From Cupriavidus necator (GTDB lineage: Bacteria > Pseudomonadota > Gammaproteobacteria > Burkholderiales > Burkholderiaceae), in the NCBI RefSeq assembly GCF_016127575.1, contig NZ_CP066019.1, positions 60,001 to 92,000 of the forward strand: 32,000 nt of DNA, written 5' to 3'. The stretch's first letter is position 1. Every line of letters starts with the position of its first letter. Both the position numbers and the translations under genes were made by a program. The notes below the pieces were generated by a model. It was not told the DNA's origin and did not search any database. It saw only the letters and a list, made by a program, of their open reading frames with translations. This document shows positions 25,061-32,000 of this stretch, in pieces.

Positions 25061-27838
25061 ATGGCCGCGGAACACCACGGAACCGGCGGATCCGGCGACG
25101 AGGCCACCCGCATCGCCCAGCGCCGCCGCCAGCTCGGCATTGCGCCGCGCGCCGGCGATGGCCAGCGCAACTGGGCCCTGGCACTGTCCGGCGGCGGCAT
25201 CCGCAGCGCCACCTTCTGCCTGGGCGTGATGCAGGCGATGGCGGGCACCGCGATGCCCGCCAAGGCGGCAGCGCCGGCCCCCGCGCCGGAAGCCGCGACG
25301 CCGGCGGCCGCCGCCGCGGCGCAGACCGTGCCGGGCCTGGCCTCGCTGCTGGCGCAGTTCGACTACCTCTCCACCGTCAGCGGCGGCGGCTACCTCGGCG
25401 CCTTCTTCGTCAGCCTGTTCGTGCCCGGCCGCCTGCGTCGGGGCGCGGGCCCGGTCCAGGCCGCCACCGACGCCTATCACACGCTGCAATGCGAGCCGCC
25501 GGGGCGCATCCATACCTCGGTGTCCTATGCCGCGGACCCCGGCCGCGGCGCGGTCGCATGGCTGCGCGAGAACGGCCGCTACCTGTCGCCCACCGGTGCC
25601 GGCGACAACCTCTATGCCGCCGCGCTGGTGGTGCGCAACTGGCTGGCCATGCATTTCGTGATCGGCAGCGCGCTGCTGGTGCTGCTGGCTGTGCTGGCGC
25701 TCGGGCAACACATCGCGGTGGGGGTTTCCTACGGATTGGGGCGCTATGAGATGGACCTGCTGCACGACGCGCGCCAGGCCTTCAACCAGGGCGAATGCGC
25801 GATCTGGTGGAGCACGCTGCTGTGGCTGCCGCTGGCCACCGCGCTGGCTGGCGCGGTGCCGCCCGGGCTGGCCTACTGGCTGATCTACCCGCGCGCCAAC
25901 GATCCGCAGGCGACGGCCCGCTTCCTGAGCCCCGCGCCGCTGCTCGCCACGCTGCTGGGCCTGATGCTGCTGGCCGCGGCGCGCTGGTCGGAATGGCTCG
26001 GTCCGGGGCTGGTCATCGGCAAGCTCTTTGCCGCGCTGGGCGTGCTGACGCTGCTAGGTGTGCTGTGGTGCCTGGCGCTGCTGCAGGGCGAGCCGCGCAC
26101 CGTGGCCGCCTACCGCGTGCGCGCCACGCGCGCACTGCGTGGCGCGCTGACGCTGACCCTGTGGCTGGCGGCGCTGGGCATTGCCGACACCATCGCACGC
26201 ACCGCTTACCTGTTTGCCCACCAGGCCCACCACCAGTGGGGCGCGGCGCTGCCCGCAACCGTGCTGGGCGTGCTGGTCTGGCTGGTGCGCTACGGTTCGC
26301 GCTGGCGCGACGCCGGCCGCCAGGGCAGCACCGACACGCCATGGCGCGCGCTGTGTGCCCGGCTGCCGGTATCGCTGCTGGCGGGCGCGGTGGCGGCGGT
26401 GCTGGCCCTGCTGCTGTTCGTGCTGTGGTCGTGGCTGGTGCTGTGGGTGCGCTGGGACGGGCGCGAGCCGGTCGACTGGCTGGTGTTCGGCAACGCCTAT
26501 ACCGGCCCGGCGCTGGCCACGTTCACTGTGGTGAGCCTGGTGCTGGCGCTGGTGGCGGGGCGCTTCTCCGGCTTCCTGAACCTGTCGACGCTGCAGCCGT
26601 TCTACGCGGCGCGGCTCACGCGCGCGTTCCTGGGCGCATCCAACGGGGAGCGCTTCGCGGCTCCCGACCCGAGTGCCGGCCGCGACGGCAGCCAGCGCGC
26701 CCGCTTCAGCGTGGCCGAGCCCGTGCCCGGCGACCAGCTCAGCCTGAACACCTACTACGATCCGCGCGTGCTGGCGCCGCTGCACCTGATCAACGTCACG
26801 CTGAATCTCACCGTCGACCCGGCCGAGCAACTGGTGCAGCGCGACCGCAAGGGCAAGCCGCTGTGCCTGGCGCCCGGCCCCTGCGTGGTGCTGTCCGGCG
26901 TGGCGGCGGCGATCCCGCCGGACGCCTACGCGCGCTTTACCATCGACGGCCGGGGTTGCTGCCCCGACGTTTCATGGCCGTCTTCGGGCAAACTGGCCGA
27001 ATCGCGCACGGTGGGAGATTGGATGGCGATCTCGGGCGCGGCCGTCTCCACCAGGCTGGGGCGCGCGACCACGCTGGGCACATCCATGCTGCTTGGCCTG
27101 GCGAACCTGCGTCTGGGCATATGGTGGCCGTCGTATCCGGCCAGCCACGCGCGCGAAGGCGGGCGCCGGGGCCGCGCGCGGCGCCATCCGGAACGCGCCG
27201 CGCATCCATGGCTGGCCGCGGGCATCGCGCTTTTCCGCACGCAGTACTACCTGGGCTGCGAACTGAGCGCGCGCTTCCACGGCACGCGGCGCGGCTGGCA
27301 GTACCTGTCCGATGGCGGGCATTTCGACAACACCGGCGTGTACGAGCTGCTGCGCCCGGGCCGCGATGTCTCGCTGATCGTGCTGTGTGATTGCGGGGGC
27401 GACCCCGACTACCGCTTCGGCGACCTGGCCAACCTGATCCGGCTGGCGCGCATCGACCATGGGCTGGAGATCGTGGTCGATACCGAGGCTGCCACCACGC
27501 ACCCGGTGCTGAGCCGTGTCTTCGGCGTGCCGGATGATTTCCTGCCGGGCGCGCCGACCGGCGACAAATGCGCGGTGCTGCTCAATGTCTTTCGCACCGG
27601 CCCGGAGTGCGGGGCGCCACGCGCACGCACCTGCCGCATCGTGCTGCTCAAGCCGCGGCTGGTGTCATGGGCGCCGGCCGACGTGCGCCACTACGGCGCG
27701 ACCCATCCCGCGTTTCCGCAGGAGGCCACCGGCGACCAGTTCTTCGATGAGGCGCAATGGGAGAGCTATCGCGCGCTGGGCCATGCGATCGGCCAGCGCG
27801 TGCTGGGCGGGGCCGTGGGCAAGGCGCTGCTGGTGTGA
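25061..27838 (+). CDS. patatin/cPLA2-like phospholipase with a polytopic membrane domain inserted between the catalytic Ser and Asp
   Basis: 925 aa, with SD GGGAGG 6 nt upstream of the ATG. Oxyanion motif SGGGIRS at aa 43-49. Nucleophile elbow TVSGG with Ser107 (AGC 25379-25381). About 8 hydrophobic helices at aa ~186-500. Catalytic Asp motif LSDGGHFDNTG with Asp751 (GAT 27311-27313), then LLRPGRDVSLIVLCDCGGD. The C-terminus carries FPQEATGDQFFDEAQWESYRALG. Confidence 0.8.
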   Translation: MAAEHHGTGGSGDEATRIAQRRRQLGIAPRAGDGQRNWALALSGGGIRSATFCLGVMQAMAGTAMPAKAAAPAPAPEAATPAAAAAAQTVPGLASLLAQFDYLSTVSGGGYLGAFFVSLFVPGRLRRGAGPVQAATDAYHTLQCEPPGRIHTSVSYAADPGRGAVAWLRENGRYLSPTGAGDNLYAAALVVRNWLAMHFVIGSALLVLLAVLALGQHIAVGVSYGLGRYEMDLLHDARQAFNQGECAIWWSTLLWLPLATALAGAVPPGLAYWLIYPRANDPQATARFLSPAPLLATLLGLMLLAAARWSEWLGPGLVIGKLFAALGVLTLLGVLWCLALLQGEPRTVAAYRVRATRALRGALTLTLWLAALGIADTIARTAYLFAHQAHHQWGAALPATVLGVLVWLVRYGSRWRDAGRQGSTDTPWRALCARLPVSLLAGAVAAVLALLLFVLWSWLVLWVRWDGREPVDWLVFGNAYTGPALATFTVVSLVLALVAGRFSGFLNLSTLQPFYAARLTRAFLGASNGERFAAPDPSAGRDGSQRARFSVAEPVPGDQLSLNTYYDPRVLAPLHLINVTLNLTVDPAEQLVQRDRKGKPLCLAPGPCVVLSGVAAAIPPDAYARFTIDGRGCCPDVSWPSSGKLAESRTVGDWMAISGAAVSTRLGRATTLGTSMLLGLANLRLGIWWPSYPASHAREGGRRGRARRHPERAAHPWLAAGIALFRTQYYLGCELSARFHGTRRGWQYLSDGGHFDNTGVYELLRPGRDVSLIVLCDCGGDPDYRFGDLANLIRLARIDHGLEIVVDTEAATTHPVLSRVFGVPDDFLPGAPTGDKCAVLLNVFRTGPECGAPRARTCRIVLLKPRLVSWAPADVRHYGATHPAFPQEATGDQFFDEAQWESYRALGHAIGQRVLGGAVGKALLV

Positions 27839-27850
27839 AGAGACAGCGCG

Positions 27851-28606
27851 TCAGCGCACGAAGCCGATGACGTCTTCCAGCCGGCCGCTGGCATCGCGCA
27901 GCGCCTCCAGCAGGCGCGGTACCGCGGCTTGGTCCAGCCGCTGCTGCGGCCCGGCGATGGCGACCGAGCCCACCACCGCGCTGCGGTCGCGCGACCACAG
28001 CGGCAACGCCAGGCCGGCCACGCTGGCGGCGGCTTCCTCGCGCGTATGGGCCCAGCCGCGCTCGCGCACCTCGGCCAGCTGCTGCTCGATGCGCTCGCGG
28101 TCCAGCGTCGTGTGTGGGGCGATGCGCGCCAGCCCCTGGCGGTAGACCTCATCGCGGAAGGCATCGTCCTGGAAGGCCAGCATCGCCTTGGCATGCGCGC
28201 CCGCATAGAGCGGGAAGCGCTCGCCCAGCTCGATCGAAAAGCGCAGCTGGTGCTGGCTCTGCACCAGTCCCACGCACAGGCCCTCATGGCCATCGAGCCA
28301 CGACAGGAACACGGTCTCGCCGCTTTGCGCGGCGAGCTTTTCCAGCACCGGGCGCACGATCTCGTCGGGCGAGAAGCTCTTGCGCACCACCTGTCCCAGC
28401 TCGAACAACCGCAGTCCCAGCGAATACTTGCCGGTGGCCGCGTCCTGCACCAGGAAGCCATTGGCGGCAAACGTCGCCAGCACGCGGTGCACCACGGCGT
28501 AGTGCACGCCGCTGTGCTTGGCCAGCTCGCGCACGCCCCAGGTCGGCTGGCGCACGGTGAAGTGCGTCAGCAGGGCCAGCGCACCGTCCAGTGTCTTGAG
28601 TGTCAT
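27851..28606 (-). CDS. IclR-family transcriptional regulator (copy 2)
   Basis: 251 aa from ATG 28606 with an AAGGA SD. MTLKTLDGALALLTHFTVRQPTWGVRELAKHSGVHYAVVHRVLATFAANGFLVQD... It shares exact 32-nt and 28-nt DNA runs with copy 1. It is divergent from the LLM oxidoreductase gene. Confidence 0.9.
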   Translation of the reverse strand: MTLKTLDGALALLTHFTVRQPTWGVRELAKHSGVHYAVVHRVLATFAANGFLVQDAATGKYSLGLRLFELGQVVRKSFSPDEIVRPVLEKLAAQSGETVFLSWLDGHEGLCVGLVQSQHQLRFSIELGERFPLYAGAHAKAMLAFQDDAFRDEVYRQGLARIAPHTTLDRERIEQQLAEVRERGWAHTREEAAASVAGLALPLWSRDRSAVVGSVAIAGPQQRLDQAAVPRLLEALRDASGRLEDVIGFVR

Positions 28607-28797
28607 CGCTTGTTCCTTGGCATCGGGCTGCATGGTACGGGCAAGCGCGGCGCGACTCAATCCTTCCCGCGCCCCCGTGATACCCACGCCGCCCGAAGGG
28701 CCGCGATCAGGCCGCCAGCACGATCGCGCCATGGTCTCTAAGATAGCGGGCCATACGCATTGCCCGCGTGCGGCATCGGTCGCCCGCCATCCACCAC

Positions 28798-29838
28798 ATG
28801 AATCACGACTCTATTCCCAACGGCGCAGGCGTGGCCTGGTCCGTGCTGGACCTGGCCCCCATCCCTGAAGGCAGCGATGCCGGCCAGGCCATGCGCAACT
28901 CGCTCGACCTGGCCCGCCATGCCGAGCGGCTGGGCTACCACCGCTACTGGCTGGCCGAGCATCACAACATGCCCGGCATTGCCAGCGCCGCCACCGCCGT
29001 GCTGATCGGCTATGTCGCCAACGGCACCAGGACCATCCGCGTGGGCTCGGGCGGCGTGATGCTGCCCAACCATTCGCCGCTGGTGATCGCCGAGCAGTTC
29101 GGCACGCTGGCCTCGCTCTACCCGGGCCGCATCGACCTGGGCCTGGGCCGCGCGCCCGGCACCGACCAGGCCACCGCGCGCGCCTTGCGCCGCCACCTGT
29201 CGGCCGACAGCGCCGATACCTTCCCGCAGGACGTGGAAGAGCTGCAGGCCTATTTCGACGACGTGCGCCCCGGCCAGCGCCTGCGCGCGGTGCCCGGCGC
29301 CGGGCTCAAGGTGCCCATCTGGCTGCTGGGTTCGAGCCTGTTCAGCGCGCAGCTGGCGGCGGCGATGGGCCTGCCGTTCGCCTTTGCCTCGCACTTTGCG
29401 CCGGGCTTCATGCGCCAGGCGGTGGACCTGTACCGGCGCACCTTCCGGCCCTCCGAAGCGCTGGACCGGCCCTATGTGATGCTGGGCCTGAACGTGTTCG
29501 CGGCCGAGACCGGCGACCAGGCGCGCCGCCTGTTCAGCTCGCTGCAGCAGCAGTTCCTGGCGCTGGTGCGAGGCACTCCGGGGCAGCTGCGCGCACCGGT
29601 GGACGATATCGAAGCGCTGTGGACCGAGAGCGAGGCCGACCATATCCGCCGCTCGCTGGCGTGCTCGGTAGTGGGCGATCCCGACGCCGTGCGTGCCGGC
29701 ATGCAGCGCTTTGTCGATGACCTGCGCCCGGATGAGCTGATGCTGACCGGGCAGATCCATGACCACCAGGCACGCCTGCGCTCGTTCGCCATCGCTGCCG
29801 ATGCGGCGCGTAGCCTGAAGACCTCATCAGCGCTCTGA
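28798..29838 (+). CDS. LLM-class (luciferase-like) flavin-dependent oxidoreductase, group 1 / YhbW-like
   Basis: Motifs: [89 protein letters not shown]. Start is ATG 28798 or GTG 28768, and neither has a clear SD. Confidence 0.85.
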   Translation: MNHDSIPNGAGVAWSVLDLAPIPEGSDAGQAMRNSLDLARHAERLGYHRYWLAEHHNMPGIASAATAVLIGYVANGTRTIRVGSGGVMLPNHSPLVIAEQFGTLASLYPGRIDLGLGRAPGTDQATARALRRHLSADSADTFPQDVEELQAYFDDVRPGQRLRAVPGAGLKVPIWLLGSSLFSAQLAAAMGLPFAFASHFAPGFMRQAVDLYRRTFRPSEALDRPYVMLGLNVFAAETGDQARRLFSSLQQQFLALVRGTPGQLRAPVDDIEALWTESEADHIRRSLACSVVGDPDAVRAGMQRFVDDLRPDELMLTGQIHDHQARLRSFAIAADAARSLKTSSAL

Positions 29839-30054
29839 GCGCCTGCGATGCTCCGGTATGGCGTGCGCCGCACTTGCGGCGTGTGCCCGCCGGCGCGCCG
29901 CGAATCCTGTTTGCGCCCGGCCGATCCGCTCGGATACATTAGAAGGCCCGAGACCGAGAGAGGCGCGGCTCCCGCAGCACGCGCCCGACAGTTCGCACGA
30001 TCCACCGCCCCATCCGAAACATGGGGCCGACGGCAGCGACGACAGGAGACAGCG

Positions 30055-32000
30055 ATGGACCTGCGGCAACGCGAGCACATCGAGACGGTGGTCCAGGTCA
30101 CCACATACCTTGCCCCGCCGGCCGTGCTTGCGGACCGGATCGCGCACGACGCCATCATCCAGAACTCATGGCGCCGCTGCGTGCACCAGTACGGCCTGGA
30201 TCCGTCGCGCATGCAGGAGGCGCGCATCCTGCCGCAGCCGCGCCTGCGCGAACACCAGGAACGCATCGACGACTTCGCGCGCATCGCGCGCCACGGCCTG
30301 CAGAGCCTGTATGGGCAAGTGGCGGGCCTGGGCTATGTGGTGCTGCTGACCGATGCGCAGGGCGTGACCGTCGACTATATCGGCGAGGCCCGCAGCGATG
30401 CCGCGCTGCGCCACGCGGGCCTGTACCTGGGCGCCGAGTGGAGCGAGAGCGGCGCCGGCACCTGCGCGGTCGGCACCGCCCTGGCCACGGGCCAGGCGCT
30501 GACGGTGCACCAGGCCGACCATTTCGACGCCACCCATATCCCACTGACCTGCACCGCCGCGCCGCTGTTCGACACGCACGGCAACCTGCACGCCATCCTC
30601 GACATCTCCGCGCTGACCTCGCCGCAGGCCAAGGACAGCCAGGGGCTGGCGCTGCAGATGGTGCGCATCTACGCCGCGCATATCGAGAACGCCAACTTCC
30701 TGCGCGCGCACCGCCGCGACTGGATCCTGAAGCTGAACGTGGCGCCGGAGTTCGTCGACGTCAATCCCGAATACCTGCTGGCGCTGGACGAGGCGGGCCG
30801 CATCGTCGGCCATAACCACCGCGCCAGGCTGATGCTGGAAGGCGAGCTGGGTGGCGCACCGGGCGCCACCGTGCTGGGCCAGCGGTTCGAGACGCTGTTC
30901 GACGCGCGCCTGGAGGACCTGGGCCACTATGTCTATTCGCGCCCGAGCGAGCAGCGCCTGGTGGCGCTGACCCGCAGTGGCGGCCTGCTGTACCTGAGCG
31001 TGCTGCCGCCCGCGCTGCGCTGGCAGGCGCCGCCCGCCGAAACGCAGGTGGCGATGCCGGATGCCCTGGCGGCGCTGACCGGCGGCGATGCCGCGCTGCA
31101 GCTGCAGTTGCAGCGCGCGGCGCGCCTGGTCGATTCGCCGATCAACCTGCTGATCCACGGCGAGACCGGCAGCGGCAAGGAGTTCCTGGCCAAGGCGCTG
31201 CATCTTGCCAGCGCGCGCCGCGGCGGGCCGTTCGTAGCGGTGAACTGCGCGGCGATCCCTGAAACACTGATTGAAAGCGAATTGTTCGGGCACCTGCCCA
31301 ACAGCTTCTCCGGCGCAGGCCCGCGCGGCAAGCGCGGCCTGATCCAGGAGGCCGACGGCGGCACGCTGTTCCTGGACGAGATCGGCGACATGCCGCGCGA
31401 GCTGCAGTCGCGGCTGCTGCGCGTGCTGGCCGAGGGCGAAGTGCTGCCTGTTGGCGCCGCGCGGCCGGTGCCGGTGCGGCTGCGGGTCATTTCCGCCACG
31501 CACCACAGCCTGGAGCAACTGGTGGCCGACGGGCGCTTCCGCGAGGACCTGTACTACCGCCTCAACGGCGCGCGCTTTACGCTGCCGCCGCTGCGTGCGC
31601 GTACCGACCTGGACTGGCTGGTCCGCAAGCTGCTGCAGGAAGGGAGCGCAGAGGGCAGCGAGATCACGCTGTCGCCCGCGGCACGCGAGCGGCTGCACCG
31701 CCACCGCTGGCCTGGCAACCTGCGCGAACTGCGCAACGTGCTGGAGTACGCGCGCGCGGTCTGCGCCGACGGCTATATCGATGTGCCGGACCTGCCTGAC
31801 AGCCTGGCGGGACCCGCACCGTCCGCCGCCCTGCCGCAGCCAGGGCCCGCCCAGTCACCCGCTGCCGCACCGTTCGACCCGCACCAGTTGCCGCCGGAAG
31901 GCATGCTGCTGATGCAATACCTGCGCGCGTCCGGCTGGAACCTGAGCGCCGTGGCGCGGCAGATCGGCGTCAGCCGCATGACGCTGTACCGGCGCATGGA
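30055..32000 (+). CDS. acoR: sigma54-dependent transcriptional activator, AcoR-type (GAF-like sensor + AAA+ + Fis HTH); 3' end off-window
   Basis: The ORF is open from ATG 30055 (SD AGGAGA, 5-nt spacer) to the window end. It has no in-window stop, which is why it is absent from the ORF track. Motifs: Walker A GETGSGKE, ESELFGH, Walker B GGTLFLDEIGD, RFREDLYYRL, WPGNLRELRN, and C-terminal HTH SAVARQIGVSRMTLYRRM. Confidence 0.9.
   Translation, partial: MDLRQREHIETVVQVTTYLAPPAVLADRIAHDAIIQNSWRRCVHQYGLDPSRMQEARILPQPRLREHQERIDDFARIARHGLQSLYGQVAGLGYVVLLTDAQGVTVDYIGEARSDAALRHAGLYLGAEWSESGAGTCAVGTALATGQALTVHQADHFDATHIPLTCTAAPLFDTHGNLHAILDISALTSPQAKDSQGLALQMVRIYAAHIENANFLRAHRRDWILKLNVAPEFVDVNPEYLLALDEAGRIVGHNHRARLMLEGELGGAPGATVLGQRFETLFDARLEDLGHYVYSRPSEQRLVALTRSGGLLYLSVLPPALRWQAPPAETQVAMPDALAALTGGDAALQLQLQRAARLVDSPINLLIHGETGSGKEFLAKALHLASARRGGPFVAVNCAAIPETLIESELFGHLPNSFSGAGPRGKRGLIQEADGGTLFLDEIGDMPRELQSRLLRVLAEGEVLPVGAARPVPVRLRVISATHHSLEQLVADGRFREDLYYRLNGARFTLPPLRARTDLDWLVRKLLQEGSAEGSEITLSPAARERLHRHRWPGNLRELRNVLEYARAVCADGYIDVPDLPDSLAGPAPSAALPQPGPAQSPAAAPFDPHQLPPEGMLLMQYLRASGWNLSAVARQIGVSRMTLYRRM

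Noticed and set aside
25253-25330. Apparent GC-rich repetitive DNA in the patatin-like gene
   Set aside because: It encodes an Ala/Pro low-complexity linker (PAKAAAPAPAPEAATPAAAAAAQ). It has no true tandem-repeat unit at DNA level.
25061-27838. Patatin-like gene as a CBASS CapV-type effector or part of a recognisable defence island
   Set aside because: The window has no CD-NTase/cyclase, no other known defence genes, and no integrase, transposase or tRNA. The protein is three times the size of CapV and has a membrane insert. A defence role remains only a hypothesis, as noted in the findings.
30166-31704. 512-aa minus-strand ORF, the only long ORF the track lists in this region
   Set aside because: The real gene is the plus-strand AcoR-type activator (30055 to window end). 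It is missing from the track only because it has no in-window stop. The minus-strand product has no motifs and is Ala/Arg/Gln-rich.

Overview
This is a very GC-rich segment with strong GC3 codon bias. It looks like a betaproteobacterial chromosome or chromid, probably Cupriavidus/Ralstonia-like: it has an AcoR-type sigma54 activator, Bug/TctC binding proteins and Burkholderiales-type porins. I call 25 protein genes. I found no rRNA, tRNA, CRISPR array, transposase or integrase. Many long ORFs in the track are antisense shadows typical of high-GC DNA. Gene order: PepSY_TM + DUF3325 (tail of an iron-related cluster); PRC-barrel protein; porin; LysR regulator divergent from a DUF1338 (HglS/YdcJ-like) gene; a stand-alone EF-G paralog; an orphan LuxR-type response regulator; a complete D-glucarate catabolic module (GntR regulator, gudD, two Bug binding proteins, alpha-ketoglutarate-semialdehyde dehydrogenase, kdgD) with a shared palindromic operator; a DedA-rhodanese fusion; a minus-strand cluster IclR-OPT transporter-class V PLP enzyme-PepE-porin-DUF1177; a 925-aa patatin/cPLA2-like protein whose catalytic Ser and Asp are separated by a polytopic membrane domain, bracketed by two paralogous IclR genes; an LLM flavin oxidoreductase; and the 5' ~97% of acoR, which runs off the window. 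The best candidates for undescribed biology are (1) the membrane-embedded split patatin-like lipase and its duplicated IclR frame, and (2) the IclR-controlled OPT/PLP/PepE/porin/DUF1177 locus, which looks like an uncharacterised outer-membrane-to-cytoplasm peptide uptake and catabolism system. All family calls come from motif recognition by eye and were not verified by HMM or BLAST.
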